Below the pieces are notes generated by a model. The model was not told where the DNA came from. It did not search any database and saw only the letters and a list, made by a program, of their open reading frames with translations. The translations under genes were made by a program, and so were the position numbers. Of a stretch of 64,000 bases of DNA, positions 1 through 10,288 are shown piece by piece. Source of the DNA: Euryarchaeota archaeon UBA463 (GTDB lineage: Archaea; Thermoplasmatota; Poseidoniia; Poseidoniales; Thalassarchaeaceae); NCBI GenBank assembly GCA_002501805.1, contig DAOI01000003.1:31261-95260 (forward strand). Direction: 5' to 3'. The first letter of the stretch is position 1; every line of letters starts with the position of its first letter.

Positions 1-1583
1 TCCAAGTCATAGTACTTCAGCAGATTGATACTAGCTAGATTACAGGCAGTATCATCCAAGAACATGTACTCTGAGCAGGGGTTCGAACCATTTATTCTCC
101 CTGCTTCGGGACAGGTATGCCACTCGTTTATGGTAGTATCAAATTGGACACCGGGATCCGCACAGGCCCATGCTGTGTATGCAACTTTATCCCAAAGTTC
201 TCCAGCGTCCAGAGTTTTACATGCCTCTGGCCCCCTTCCTTCCTTGGCCGCCTTATCCAACTCTGTCCTCCAGTGGAGATCCCAAGTTTCACCATTCTTG
301 ACGGCATCCATGAATGAGTTCGGCACTCTCACGGAGTTGTTACTGTTCTGACCTGACACGGTCATGTAAGCCTCTCCTTGCCAGTCGGTATCGAATACTT
401 CGAAATCGACCCCCTTCCAACCCTGCTTTGCAAGATCAACTATTCTTTGAATATGGGGCTGAGGAACACAGTCTTTGATTGCCTTTACCATGGCTTTCTT
501 CAACTCAGCGTTTTCACTCTGTTCAAACCTATCTCCATCACTATCAGAATCCCAAATCGCCTCCATCAAGGAATTCGCATGCTTCTGAAGAATATTACTG
601 CCAATCACCAGAGCAGACACTTTTTCCTCTTCGCTGCTCTTCCAGTCAATGTACTCTTCGATGTCTGGGTGATCAAGGTCTAGAGTGACCATCTTTGCCG
701 CTCTTCGTGTGGTTCCTCCGGATTTTATGGCACCAGCCGCCCTGTCTCCAATCTTTAGGAATGACAGGAGTCCAGAAGAGCTCCCTCCTCCAGAAAGAGG
801 CTCGCCCGCTCCTCTAATCTTGGAGAAGTTAGAGCCAGTACCCGAACCATACTTGAACAGTAGAGCCTCACGATTCCATAGACCCATAATGGAATCTTTG
901 CCCCCTACCAGGGAATCCCCGACAGACTGTATGAAGCAAGCATGTGGCTGTGGATGCTCGTATGCATTAACAGAGTACTCTAGTTCGCCCGTTAATGGGT
1001 CGATGTAGGAATGACCCTGAGCAGGCCCCTCAATTCCATATGCCCAATGTAGGCCAGTGTTGAACCATTGAGGACTATTGGGCGCCGATCTCTGGCTAGC
1101 CACTAAGAAGCACATCTCATCGAAGTACGACCTAGCATCAGCTTCGCTAGCGAAGTATCCATGCTTCCATCCCCAGTACGTCCAAGTCCCAGCGAGTCTT
1201 CGGAAGAGCTCCCTTCCATCTCTCTCACCAGTGTATCTCTCTCCTGCATCGATTGACTCTAATTTCTCATGATCAGGCTCACTCCTCTGTAGCCATACTG
1301 GAACTCCGTCTTCTGGTACCTTTCTGAGATGGGCTGGCACTCCTGCCTTCCTCAGATACTTCTGTGCTAGGACCTTTCCAGGCACACCAGAGTAGCCAGA
1401 CGGTAGCCTCACGCCAGTAATCGAGTCTGCCATCGAACCGTCCGGATTTCTGATTTCCGCATCCATCTCAATCCAATCAAACTTCTCGAAAGGATCCTCA
1501 CCAGCGGATGTGAAACGTCGTTCGATTACCATGCCTTTCTCAGTATTCTTCTCATTTTTCGAACTCTTGACTTTCTGTTGCAT
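1..1583 (-). CDS. Ribonucleotide reductase, class I/II large-subunit-like catalytic core (partial; 3' end lies beyond the window start)
   Basis: Hand translation of the minus strand in one frame at three sites gives HTCPEAGRINGSNPCSEYMFLDDTACNLASINL (NxCxE active-site motif plus CNL.SINL), KSGGTTRRAAKMVTLDLDHPDIEEYI, and an N-terminus MQQKVKSSKNEKNTEKGMVIERRFTSAGEDPFEKFDWIEMD. The frame is identical at all three sites. The ORF is absent from the track only because it runs off the window edge. The start could also be the in-frame ATG at 1532. Confidence 0.8.
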   Translation of the reverse strand, partial: MQQKVKSSKNEKNTEKGMVIERRFTSAGEDPFEKFDWIEMDAEIRNPDGSMADSITGVRLPSGYSGVPGKVLAQKYLRKAGVPAHLRKVPEDGVPVWLQRSEPDHEKLESIDAGERYTGERDGRELFRRLAGTWTYWGWKHGYFASEADARSYFDEMCFLVASQRSAPNSPQWFNTGLHWAYGIEGPAQGHSYIDPLTGELEYSVNAYEHPQPHACFIQSVGDSLVGGKDSIMGLWNREALLFKYGSGTGSNFSKIRGAGEPLSGGGSSSGLLSFLKIGDRAAGAIKSGGTTRRAAKMVTLDLDHPDIEEYIDWKSSEEEKVSALVIGSNILQKHANSLMEAIWDSDSDGDRFEQSENAELKKAMVKAIKDCVPQPHIQRIVDLAKQGWKGVDFEVFDTDWQGEAYMTVSGQNSNNSVRVPNSFMDAVKNGETWDLHWRTELDKAAKEGRGPEACKTLDAGELWDKVAYTAWACADPGVQFDTTINEWHTCPEAGRINGSNPCSEYMFLDDTACNLASINLLKYYDL

Positions 1584-1746
1584 CTTCTCACTACTCCCGT
1601 TCTCTAACTCTTTGCATGCACGTCCCGTGGCGCGAGGGATTCCGTCTTCAGGATGGGGGGTGTTTAATGATTGGTATATCCAACTAGCCAGAAGGCGTAA
1701 ATGAATTATTTTTTCTAATCATGGAGGAATGGCGAACTTGATACTT

Positions 1747-2148
1747 CTATTTCTGCATCTCCAATGTCCAAGTAAGAGTTGCACCAGATCGAGTAATCAT
1801 TATTCCGACACTACAATACTTCTCATGGCTCTGCTCGATAAGCCTTCGAACCAGCTTCTCGGGAACATCCCCCTTTACAATGTAATTCATATTCACAGAT
1901 GTGAAAACTCGAGGCCTCTCATCAGATCTAACAGAGGCGATCTCTACTGTCGCGCATTCGACATTATCTGACCTATCCTTCAGTCCATCTATCACATCAA
2001 TTAGCGAGCAAGCCGCGTGGGAGTGAAGCACCATCTCCATCGGACTGGGACTAGTATCACTGTATATTCCGAATACCTTGCCTTTGGAGGTCGTACCAAC
2101 ATAACCGTCCTCTTCTGTCCACCGCACTTCCCCTTCCATGGTCACCAC
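1747..2148 (-). CDS. OsmC/Ohr-family peroxiredoxin-like protein
   Basis: 133 aa, the size and composition typical of the OsmC fold. It sits upstream of and co-oriented with the RNR gene. The assignment rests on family resemblance only. Confidence 0.55.
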   Translation of the reverse strand: MVTMEGEVRWTEEDGYVGTTSKGKVFGIYSDTSPSPMEMVLHSHAACSLIDVIDGLKDRSDNVECATVEIASVRSDERPRVFTSVNMNYIVKGDVPEKLVRRLIEQSHEKYCSVGIMITRSGATLTWTLEMQK

Positions 2149-2203
2149 CCAGAGTCATTCCACTTCAAGGGTTGGCTTCATGAATGTCCCTATGGTCGGA
2201 GAT

Positions 2204-3442
2204 ATGAGAAATATGACGCAGGACTCCACTATCCAACTCTTCGAAGGTCACTTGCAGGTTCCTGAAAACCCAATTATTCACTACATCGAAGGAGATGGGA
2301 TAGGAATAGATATCACTCCAGTAATGATCAAAGTCGTTGATCAGGCGGTCTCCAAGGCATATGGCGGTTCTAGAGAGATACAATGGTCCGAGGTGTTAGC
2401 AGGTCAGAAGGCCTTCGATACGACTGGTGAATGGCTACCGGAGGAGACTCTTGAGGCCATGAGAAGCGGGCTGGTCTCCATCAAGGGACCTCTTACTACA
2501 CCAGTAGGAGGGGGCATCCGAAGCCTCAATGTCGCATTACGTCAGAAATTAGACCTATTTGCATGTGTCAGGCCTGTACGGTGGTTCGATGGGACCCCAA
2601 GCCCAGTAAGGGACCCAGGGGCAGTAGATATGATAATCTTCAGAGAGAACAGCGAGGATGTATATGCTGGAATAGAATGGGAGGCGGGTACTCCCGAGGT
2701 CCAGAAGGTAATTCGATTTCTTCAGGATGAGATGGGCGTTGAAAAGATTAGATTTCCAGAAACCTCAGGAATAGGAATCAAGCCTATCAGCTCAGAGGGA
2801 ACTAATAGGATCGTTCGAGCCGCGATCAGATACGCTATTGAAAATGACAAAGACTCTGTAACTCTGGTTCACAAGGGGAACATCATGAAGTTCACAGAGG
2901 GGGGCTTCAGAGATTGGGGATATCAGCTAGCTCGTGATGAATTCGGCGCCGAGCTCCTAGACGGGGGGCCATGGTGTTCTCTAGAGAATCCAAAAACCGG
3001 CAGGACCATTACTATCAAGGATGTTATTGCAGATGCAATGTTACAACAGGTTCTCACACGGCCCAGGGAGTACGGGGTGCTCGCTACCATGAATCTGAAT
3101 GGCGATTACATCTCCGATGCTCTCGCAGCACAGGTCGGGGGAATCGGAATAGCTCCGGGTGCGAACATAAATTATGATACAGGAATAGCAATTTTTGAGG
3201 CTACTCACGGCACTGCGCCCAAATATACAGGCCAGGATAAGGTAAACCCTGGAAGCCTAATCCTTTCGGCTGAGATGATGCTTCGACACATGGGCTGGGG
3301 AGAAGCCGCCGATCTGATCATCAAAGGCATGGAAGGAGCCATATCAGCCGGAACAGTAACCTATGATTTCGAGAGACTTATGGAAGGTGCAACCCTACTC
3401 TCCTGCTCTGGTTTTGGAGATGCTCTAATCTCTCATATGTGA
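2204..3442 (+). CDS. icd: NADP-dependent isocitrate dehydrogenase (E. coli-like homodimeric type)
   Basis: Near-collinear identity to E. coli Icd motifs: [93 protein letters not shown]. The start was moved to the internal ATG at 2204 (MRNMTQDS..), which is preceded by GGAGAT. The track ORF begins at 2138. Confidence 0.9.
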   Translation: MRNMTQDSTIQLFEGHLQVPENPIIHYIEGDGIGIDITPVMIKVVDQAVSKAYGGSREIQWSEVLAGQKAFDTTGEWLPEETLEAMRSGLVSIKGPLTTPVGGGIRSLNVALRQKLDLFACVRPVRWFDGTPSPVRDPGAVDMIIFRENSEDVYAGIEWEAGTPEVQKVIRFLQDEMGVEKIRFPETSGIGIKPISSEGTNRIVRAAIRYAIENDKDSVTLVHKGNIMKFTEGGFRDWGYQLARDEFGAELLDGGPWCSLENPKTGRTITIKDVIADAMLQQVLTRPREYGVLATMNLNGDYISDALAAQVGGIGIAPGANINYDTGIAIFEATHGTAPKYTGQDKVNPGSLILSAEMMLRHMGWGEAADLIIKGMEGAISAGTVTYDFERLMEGATLLSCSGFGDALISHM

Positions 3443-3451
3443 GATGGTACA

Positions 3452-4132
3452 ATGAGAACCATGAGCGAGGAAGAAATTGCAGAGCTCAGAAGTCGAATTC
3501 TTTCAATGGCCAGAAAAGCCGAGACAGGGAAAGATCCACTAGGTTGGTTCGAAGATCTCTATGAGTCATCTAATGGGAACGAGTCTATGATTCCGTGGTC
3601 AAACGGGGAGGCACATCAATTCTTGATCGAATGGATGAGATCTGTCTCTCCCGGTGGAAAAGCACTAGTTGTCGGCTCCGGACTTGGAGAGGATGCCGCT
3701 CACCTGGCTAAAATTGGATGGGATGTGACAGCTTTCGACATATCTCCAACAGCAATAGAGTGGTCTTCAAAGATCTATGGTGATCTGAATATCCATTGGA
3801 GAGTCGAGAATCTTCTCAATCTTCCAGATGAATGGGTGGGTCACTGGGATCTGGTAGTTGAGGTACATATCCTACAAGCAATACCAGAAGGAATCAGAAA
3901 TTCCGCCTCAAAGAAGCTAGCACCTCTCTTAGCACCAGGAGGGAAACTAATCTGCATAGGTCGCTACGAATCTTCAAACGAGTATTCAGAGGGCCCGCCG
4001 TGGCCATTAGCAGAATCATTCATACATTCAATCGGAGAAGGCCTAAATCAAACCCACTTCGAAGTCAAAAGTCGAGATCATGACGAGGCTGGGCTTCTTA
4101 GGTATATTTCTGTCTGGGATCGTCAAGTCTAG
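3452..4132 (+). CDS. Class I SAM-dependent methyltransferase
   Basis: 226 aa. LVVGSGLGEDAAHLA is a glycine-rich motif I, followed by an acidic residue ending the beta2 strand (DVTAFD). Confidence 0.6.
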   Translation: MRTMSEEEIAELRSRILSMARKAETGKDPLGWFEDLYESSNGNESMIPWSNGEAHQFLIEWMRSVSPGGKALVVGSGLGEDAAHLAKIGWDVTAFDISPTAIEWSSKIYGDLNIHWRVENLLNLPDEWVGHWDLVVEVHILQAIPEGIRNSASKKLAPLLAPGGKLICIGRYESSNEYSEGPPWPLAESFIHSIGEGLNQTHFEVKSRDHDEAGLLRYISVWDRQV

Positions 4133-4140
4133 ATGACTAG

Positions 4141-4200
4141 TTTAGTAAAATAAACTCGGTGTAGTAAAAATTACCTGCAGATTTAATTATTCCAGCCGTT
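4141..4200 (+). promoter_or_regulatory. AT-rich putative promoter region of the beta-oxidation operon
   Basis: tttagtaaaataaactcggtgtagtaaaaattacc lies immediately upstream of the thiolase start and is the only AT-rich stretch in the neighbourhood. Confidence 0.25.
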
Positions 4201-4205
4201 TATGG

Positions 4206-5345
4206 ATGATTATGCCCGCAGTGATAGCCGGATACGCCAGATCCCCCTTCACCCCATCGAAGAGGGGTGCCCTAGCCAGAACGAGACCCGATGATATAGC
4301 CGCAACAGTGGTTAACGGACTGATTAGAGAAACTGGTGTGGACCCCTCATTAATTGAAGACCTAATCGTAGGTACGGCCTTTCCAGAAGCCGAACAAGGC
4401 TTCAACGTAGCTAGGATGATAACTTTCTTGACGGATCTCCCTGAAACAGTCCCCGGAGTTACCATCAATCGCTTCTGTGGCTCATCAATGCAGGCAATTC
4501 ATGATGCGGCGGGTAGAGTATCAATGGGTGCAGGAGACGCATTCATAGCAGGAGGAATCGAGTCTATGACACGGATTCCAATGACAGGATACAATCCAAT
4601 GCCTAACCCAAGGCTAGGCTCTGAGTATCCTGAAGCATTTACCTCTATGGGAATCACAGCCGAGAATCTTGCAGTGAAATACGGTATCACTAGGGAGAGT
4701 CAGGAAGAGTTCGCTGTTGAGAGCCAATCTAAGGCCTCGAAGGCGTCAGAAAGTGGGGCACTATCCGAAGAGATCATTCCCATAGAAACAGATTCCGGCA
4801 CTATCTCTGAAGACGGGTGCATAAGGCCAGGTACAGATGCCACTACTCTCGCAGGTCTCCGGCCTGCTTTCCTGTCAGAAGGAACTGTGACCGCCGGTAC
4901 TTCATCTCCTCTTACTGATGGGGCAGCTTTCGTTCTTGTATGCTCAGAGGAGTTTGCTGAGAAGAACGGACTGAAGCCACTGGCTAGGATAGTAAGTACT
5001 GCTGTTACTGGATGCGCTCCTGAAATTATGGGAATAGGGCCGGTAGAAGCCACCAAGAAAGCACTATCGAGAGCGGGACTCACCATAGACGAACTCGGCA
5101 TAGTAGAATTGAATGAGGCGTTCGCAGCACAGTCGTTAGCCGTAATCGAGGAACTTGGACTTAATCCTCAGAAAGTCAACATCGAGGGAGGGGCGATAGC
5201 TCTCGGCCATCCATTGGGCGCTAGTGGAGCCAGAATAACTGGGAAGGCCGCTCAGCTGATGAGCAAGAATGGTGCAAAGCATGCACTAGCTACGATGTGC
5301 GTTGGCGGAGGGCAAGGCATCGCCACCGTTCTAGAAAGAATCTAG
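4206..5345 (+). CDS. Acetyl-CoA C-acyltransferase / 3-ketoacyl-CoA thiolase
   Basis: 379 aa. Thiolase N-terminal active-site Cys context NRFCGSSMQAIHDAA and a C-terminal GGGQG-containing region typical of thiolases. Confidence 0.85.
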   Translation: MIMPAVIAGYARSPFTPSKRGALARTRPDDIAATVVNGLIRETGVDPSLIEDLIVGTAFPEAEQGFNVARMITFLTDLPETVPGVTINRFCGSSMQAIHDAAGRVSMGAGDAFIAGGIESMTRIPMTGYNPMPNPRLGSEYPEAFTSMGITAENLAVKYGITRESQEEFAVESQSKASKASESGALSEEIIPIETDSGTISEDGCIRPGTDATTLAGLRPAFLSEGTVTAGTSSPLTDGAAFVLVCSEEFAEKNGLKPLARIVSTAVTGCAPEIMGIGPVEATKKALSRAGLTIDELGIVELNEAFAAQSLAVIEELGLNPQKVNIEGGAIALGHPLGASGARITGKAAQLMSKNGAKHALATMCVGGGQGIATVLERI

Positions 5346-5353
5346 GTGATAAA

Positions 5354-7693
5354 ATGACAGGAACGATTGACAAAGTCGCCGTCATTGGAAGCGGGGTTAT
5401 GGGAGCAGGAATAGCTGCTCACTGCGCAAACGCTGGTTGCGAAGTACTCCTTCTTGATATTGTTCCGGAAGAAAATCAAGATAGGAGTGCGGTGGCACGT
5501 AATGCCATTCAAATGATGCATAAGTCCAATCCAGAAATGCTGATGCACAAGAGAAATGCAAAGAGAATAACTCCTGGAAATATTGAGGATGACTTACATC
5601 TCCTCGAAGACTATGATTGGGTCGTCGAGGTGATAATTGAAAATCTGGAAATAAAGAGAAATCTCTATTCGAAACTCTCAGATTACATCGGCCCAAACAC
5701 AATACTCTCATCCAATACATCGACTATCCCTAGATCCGAATTGGTTTCGGAGCTCCCCGAGGATATCTCATCCAGATTCCTAATAACTCACTTCTTCAAT
5801 CCTCCAAGGTACCTCCCACTTCTAGAAGTCGTAACCTCCTCCGAAGTTAACGATGATGTCGTATCACGATTCTGTAACTTCGCAGACCGTAGGCTGGGTA
5901 AGAGAGTAACAATGTGTAATGACAGGCCCGGCTTCATCGGAAATAGGCTAGGCGTTTATTTTGTTCAGAGAGCAATTAAGGCAACACTTGAACACGGCCT
6001 ATCAGTTGAACAAGCAGATGCAATGCTTGGGCGACCGATAGGACTCCCCAAGACAGGAGTTTTTGCTCTGATGGACTTGATCGGCATAGATCTTATTCCC
6101 AAAGTTGGAGAGAGCCTTCGATCAAGACTCGATCAAGAAGATCCATTCCACAAGATAACAGGGCCCGGCGAAGACATAATAATGTCCATGATCGAAGAAG
6201 GATATACCGGAAGAAAGGGCAAAGGAGGATTCTATCGCCTCAATCGAGATGATGGAAAGAAGGTAAAAGAGGCAAGAGATCTTTCTTCAGGAGAATATCG
6301 CAAAGCGAACCGAAGGGCTGCTTTCCCATCTGCAAAGATGGGCAAGAGAGGTCTTTCCGCCTTAATGGACTGTGATGACGATGGAGCGAGATTCGTTACG
6401 GACGTGCTCCTTGACGCTCTTGCATATGCAGCATTCATCGTCCCTGACGTAAGTGATGATATCTATTCTATTGACGGAGCCATGAAAGTAGGCTATAACT
6501 GGAAAAAAGGACCCTTTGAGATGATGGACTCAATAGGTGTTCCCTCAATGGTAAAGAGACTCCAAGAGACAGGAAGAGAGGTTCCCAAATTCCTATCCCA
6601 GGCCGAACAAAAAGGCTCGTTTTACAGTATCGAGGACGGCGAGATAATGAGACTCTCCTCATCTGGAGAAATGGTTGTTGTAGAACGCCCAAAGGAGACT
6701 CTCAATGTTGCCGATCTCAAGAGGAGAGGGAAACCACTCAAGAGGAATGGATCTGCCAGTATCTGGGATATGGGCGACGAGGTTCTTCTTGTTGAATACC
6801 ATACCAAGATGAACGCCATGGATCCAATGAACATAGAGATGCTAGTCAATGCAGTGGACATTGCTGAGTCGGATGGATTCAAGGGTATCGTTATTGGAAA
6901 TGATGCATCTAACTTTTGTGCTGGAGCTAACCTTGGTCTGGCCTTATTCGCAGCCAATCTAGGAGCTTGGAAAGATCTTGAAGATTTCATAACACTGGGT
7001 CAAGACACATATCAAACTTTGAAGTATTGTGATGTCCCAGTTGTAGCAGCTTCAGCAGGTCTCTGCCTAGGAGGTGGTGCAGAGGTTTTGATGCATTGTG
7101 ATGCAGTCCAAGCCCATGCAGAGTCCTATGTCGGTCTAGTTGAGGTCGGCGTCGGCGTCGTCCCCGCATGGGGAGGATGCAAGGAACTCTTAGGTAGGTT
7201 AGTAGAATACGGGCTAGTTACCAATGGGCCCATGGGAGCGGCAATGAAAGCGTTCGAGACAATAGGAACCGCACAAGTTGCCAAGTCCGCAGAACAGGCT
7301 AGTTCACTAGGATTTCTAGCTCCAAGCGATCAGATCACAATGAACAGGGACAGGCTACTAGCAGACGCTAAAACGAAGGTACTCGAACTTCACGAAGACT
7401 ACACTCCCCCGGAACCAAGAACCTATGCTCTACCAGGGCCTACTGGCATGGCCGCACTGAGCTTGGCATTGAACGATTTATCATTATCAGGACAAGCCAC
7501 GCCTCATGATGTGGTTGTAGCGACAAAACTGGCTAAGATACTAACTGGAGGCGACTCTGATATAACGGAGACCCTAGAAGAGGACGATATCCTTTCCATG
7601 GAAAAGGATACCTTCGCCAATCTCCTAAAGAATTTGGACACTTTAGACAGAGTTCAACACATGCTTGAAACAGGAAAGCCATTGAGAAACTGA
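5354..7693 (+). CDS. Bifunctional 3-hydroxyacyl-CoA dehydrogenase (N-terminal) / enoyl-CoA hydratase (C-terminal)
   Basis: The N-terminus KVAVIGSGVMGAGIAAHCANAGCEVLLLDI is a Rossmann 3HCDH signature. The C-terminal crotonase fold has GNDASNFCAGANLG. The start was set at the ATG at 5354, preceded by AGGTGATAAA. The track ORF starts at 5297 and overlaps the thiolase. Confidence 0.85.
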   Translation: MTGTIDKVAVIGSGVMGAGIAAHCANAGCEVLLLDIVPEENQDRSAVARNAIQMMHKSNPEMLMHKRNAKRITPGNIEDDLHLLEDYDWVVEVIIENLEIKRNLYSKLSDYIGPNTILSSNTSTIPRSELVSELPEDISSRFLITHFFNPPRYLPLLEVVTSSEVNDDVVSRFCNFADRRLGKRVTMCNDRPGFIGNRLGVYFVQRAIKATLEHGLSVEQADAMLGRPIGLPKTGVFALMDLIGIDLIPKVGESLRSRLDQEDPFHKITGPGEDIIMSMIEEGYTGRKGKGGFYRLNRDDGKKVKEARDLSSGEYRKANRRAAFPSAKMGKRGLSALMDCDDDGARFVTDVLLDALAYAAFIVPDVSDDIYSIDGAMKVGYNWKKGPFEMMDSIGVPSMVKRLQETGREVPKFLSQAEQKGSFYSIEDGEIMRLSSSGEMVVVERPKETLNVADLKRRGKPLKRNGSASIWDMGDEVLLVEYHTKMNAMDPMNIEMLVNAVDIAESDGFKGIVIGNDASNFCAGANLGLALFAANLGAWKDLEDFITLGQDTYQTLKYCDVPVVAASAGLCLGGGAEVLMHCDAVQAHAESYVGLVEVGVGVVPAWGGCKELLGRLVEYGLVTNGPMGAAMKAFETIGTAQVAKSAEQASSLGFLAPSDQITMNRDRLLADAKTKVLELHEDYTPPEPRTYALPGPTGMAALSLALNDLSLSGQATPHDVVVATKLAKILTGGDSDITETLEEDDILSMEKDTFANLLKNLDTLDRVQHMLETGKPLRN

Positions 7694-7702
7694 GGTGATA
7701 AA

Positions 7703-9505
7703 TTGGTAGAATATGAAGCCCCACTAAGAGACTACGAATTTTTGTTTAACGAGGTATTTGATGTAACCCCAACCATGGAAAGACTTGGGTACGATTTTGA
7801 TGAGGATTTCCTTTCAATGTTAGCAGAGGGATGGGCCGATCATGCCAAAGAAGTCTGGCTACCAATTAACCAGCTCGGTGACAGGGTAGGTCTGAAGTTT
7901 GAGAACGGCGAAATTACCATGCCCCAAGAGTTCAAAGATGCATACAATCAGGCCATTGAAGGAGGATGGCTTTCCACTTCCACTAAACCAGAACATGGAG
8001 GCATGGGAACCCCAATATTCTTTCAATCTGTGATTTGGGGGGAGATAGCCACATCCACTAACATGGCAATGAGCGTTCTCCCAGCTCTTACCCTAGGAGT
8101 CTACGATGTGCTAAATGAGCATGGAGATAAAACTCTGGTTGATTACTTCTCAACCCATCTTGCGCAAGGTCACTGGGCCGGTACAATGTGCTTAACAGAA
8201 CCGCATGCTGGTACAGATCTAGGTATAATATCCAGTAAGGCTATACCTCAGGACGATGGCACCTATCGAGTTACAGGAACCAAGATCTTCATAACATACG
8301 GCGAACACGATATGACTGAGAATATCGTACATTTGGTCCTAGCTAAGACTCCTGGATCACCTGAAGGAACCAAAGGGATAACGATGTTCCTAGTTCCGAA
8401 ATATCTGCCCATAGACTTGGAGTCAGGTGATTTAGGTAATGCATCTCATGACCTGATGGAAAATCACAACGGTGTAACTTGCGCAGGAAGTGAAGAAAAG
8501 ATGGGTATTCATGCTTCTCCCACATGCGTAATGAACTTCGATAATAGTATCGGTTGGAGAGTAGGGGACTTACACACAGGCATGAAACTCATGTTTCAGA
8601 TGATGAATCAGGAGCGCCTCGCAACCGGAATAATGGGACTTGGACTAGCTGAAATAGCATATCAAAATTCCTTGGCTTGGGCCAAGGATAGGCGTCAGGG
8701 TAGGGATCTAAAAGGCCCTAAAGACCCTAACGAGAGTGCTGACAATATCCTCGTGCACCCTGACGTCAGGAGAATGCTTCTCGAGTCCAAGGTAAACAAC
8801 GAGGGATGTAGAGCCCTAGCGGCCTGGACCGGAATCCTCCTCGACCAAATGCATAGCGATGACCCAGAGGAGGCGGAATATGCCTCATCCTTAGTTGCAC
8901 TGTTCACCCCTATCGTCAAGGCCCACTTTACAGATGTTGCATGTGAGACTGCTAGTACCTGTATGCAGGTAATGGGAGGGGCAGGGTACTGTACCGAATA
9001 TGGAGTAGAACAATTTTATCGTGATGTCAGAATATCTAAGATATGGGAGGGCACCAATGGCGTTCAGGCACTGGATCTCGCAGGTAGAAAAATTACACAG
9101 AATATGGGCAAAAATCTTCGCCATCTCATGTGGCCACTAACTGAATTTATCGAAGAGAACCGAGATATACCTGAAATGTCAGAATTTAACAAGCCTCTTC
9201 ACCAAGGAGTAAGAGGCCTCCAACAGCTGACACTACTGTTGATCGCAGAAGGACAAGCCAACCCTCATTTCCTAGCCGCGGGCGCTACCGACTATTGTAG
9301 GTACTTCGGTAATGTACTATTGGCATACATGTGGGCTAAGATAGCCAAGACAGCCATCAAGAAGAAAGGCGATCCTTTCTACGATGCCAAACTAGGAAGT
9401 GCACGATTCTTCTTCAAGAGAATATTCCCAGAGACGGTAAGCTTGGCAGCAAAGATTCAGTCTGGTCATAAGTCTGTGATGGAATTTCCAACGGAGATGT
9501 TTTGA
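7703..9505 (+). CDS. Acyl-CoA dehydrogenase, large (about 600 aa) family
   Basis: 600 aa with the ACAD middle and C-terminal domains (WEGTNGVQALDLAGRKI, FTDVACETASTCMQVMGGAGYCTEYGVEQFYRDVRI). TTG start preceded by GAGGTGATAAA. Confidence 0.8.
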   Translation: MVEYEAPLRDYEFLFNEVFDVTPTMERLGYDFDEDFLSMLAEGWADHAKEVWLPINQLGDRVGLKFENGEITMPQEFKDAYNQAIEGGWLSTSTKPEHGGMGTPIFFQSVIWGEIATSTNMAMSVLPALTLGVYDVLNEHGDKTLVDYFSTHLAQGHWAGTMCLTEPHAGTDLGIISSKAIPQDDGTYRVTGTKIFITYGEHDMTENIVHLVLAKTPGSPEGTKGITMFLVPKYLPIDLESGDLGNASHDLMENHNGVTCAGSEEKMGIHASPTCVMNFDNSIGWRVGDLHTGMKLMFQMMNQERLATGIMGLGLAEIAYQNSLAWAKDRRQGRDLKGPKDPNESADNILVHPDVRRMLLESKVNNEGCRALAAWTGILLDQMHSDDPEEAEYASSLVALFTPIVKAHFTDVACETASTCMQVMGGAGYCTEYGVEQFYRDVRISKIWEGTNGVQALDLAGRKITQNMGKNLRHLMWPLTEFIEENRDIPEMSEFNKPLHQGVRGLQQLTLLLIAEGQANPHFLAAGATDYCRYFGNVLLAYMWAKIAKTAIKKKGDPFYDAKLGSARFFFKRIFPETVSLAAKIQSGHKSVMEFPTEMF

Positions 9506-9771
9506 TGACGGGAAAGGCTAGCCAATCACTGAAAATAAAATTTAAAAGATCATCAAAAAAGGTATGGGATTTATCAGAAAGGCCTTCAAACAATCAACTC
9601 CTAGAATTGTATGCCCTATTCAAACAAGCTACTGATGGGGATTGCCAAGGTAGAGCAAGTGGCGGAATGAAGGAGAGGGCAAAATGGAAGGCATGGAACG
9701 CTATTTCAGGAATGTCCGAATCCGAAGCCATGGAAAGATATTGTTCCATAGTGGATGAGTTGGATGGATGA
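9505..9771 (+). CDS. Acyl-CoA-binding protein (ACBP)
   Basis: 88 aa with the ACBP signature LYALFKQATDGDC..G.......RAKWKAWNAISGMSESEAMERY. Its start overlaps the stop of the ACAD gene. Confidence 0.75.
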   Translation: MTGKASQSLKIKFKRSSKKVWDLSERPSNNQLLELYALFKQATDGDCQGRASGGMKERAKWKAWNAISGMSESEAMERYCSIVDELDG

Positions 9772-9783
9772 TGAGGTGATTAG

Positions 9784-10284
9784 GTGCCAATCGATGACAC
9801 CAAGCTAATCTCGGAATACAAATCACTAACTGGCCGGATAAAATTTAGAATATTCACAGCTCTATCTATGCCTGCAGCTTGGTTTTCTGGACTAAGAATG
9901 GACGTCCTTGACAGTGATAAATGCGTTACATCATTACCAGGTGGATGGAGATCTCAGAACCCATTCAAGACAATGTATTGGGCAGTCCAGGGGATGGGCG
10001 CAGAACTAGCAACTGGAGCAGCCCCCTTTGCCATATCAAGATCAATGGATGAGAAGCTAAGGATGTTCGTTATTAGTACAGAGGCAAAATTCGTTAAGAG
10101 GGCTAAAGGTAGAATTACATTCACTTGCTCAGATGTGTCCAAAGCTAGAGAGGCTATTGAAGAGAGTTTGGAGAAAGGTGAGGCTGTTGATGTTGATCTA
10201 ATTTCAGTAGGAAAAGACTCGTCAGGAGATGTGGTTTCAGAATGGGTCTTCAAGTGGAACCTTCTCGCTATTAACAGGAAGTGA
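9784..10284 (+). CDS. Hotdog-fold thioesterase-like protein (possibly DUF4442/PaaI-like)
   Basis: 166 aa, the size and position expected of a thioesterase inside the beta-oxidation operon. GTG start preceded by GAGGTGATTAG. Family assignment is tentative. Confidence 0.4.
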   Translation: MPIDDTKLISEYKSLTGRIKFRIFTALSMPAAWFSGLRMDVLDSDKCVTSLPGGWRSQNPFKTMYWAVQGMGAELATGAAPFAISRSMDEKLRMFVISTEAKFVKRAKGRITFTCSDVSKAREAIEESLEKGEAVDVDLISVGKDSSGDVVSEWVFKWNLLAINRK

Positions 10285-10288
10285 TTTA

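Noticed and set aside
70-95. tRNA-like T-loop sequence GGGGTTCGAACC
   Set aside because: It lies inside the continuous RNR reading frame on the minus strand, where it encodes ...GSNPCSEY.... There is no acceptor or anticodon stem context. Coincidental.
1584-1746. Possible cobalamin riboswitch or NrdR box upstream of the B12-type RNR (GCGCCACGGGAC resembles the B12 box GCCACTG)
   Set aside because: Only a partial B12-box match, with no surrounding conserved helices. Regulatory logic is also weak, since a B12 riboswitch would repress a B12-dependent enzyme. Archaea generally lack NrdR.
2165-2383. Numerous 60-160-aa ORFs antisense to or overlapping long genes (e.g. 2165-2383 -, 4700-5101 -, 10444-10920 -, 12456-13076 +, 22113-22730 +, 30476-30862 +)
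   Set aside because: They are fully embedded in well-supported genes on the opposite strand or in another frame, with no motifs. Treated as spurious.
5297-5353. N-terminal extensions of several track ORFs (e.g. 5297, 2138, 10229, 23301, 34161, 20032)
   Set aside because: The extensions overlap upstream genes or lack family conservation. Internal starts with GAGGTGA-like RBS or conserved N-termini were preferred.
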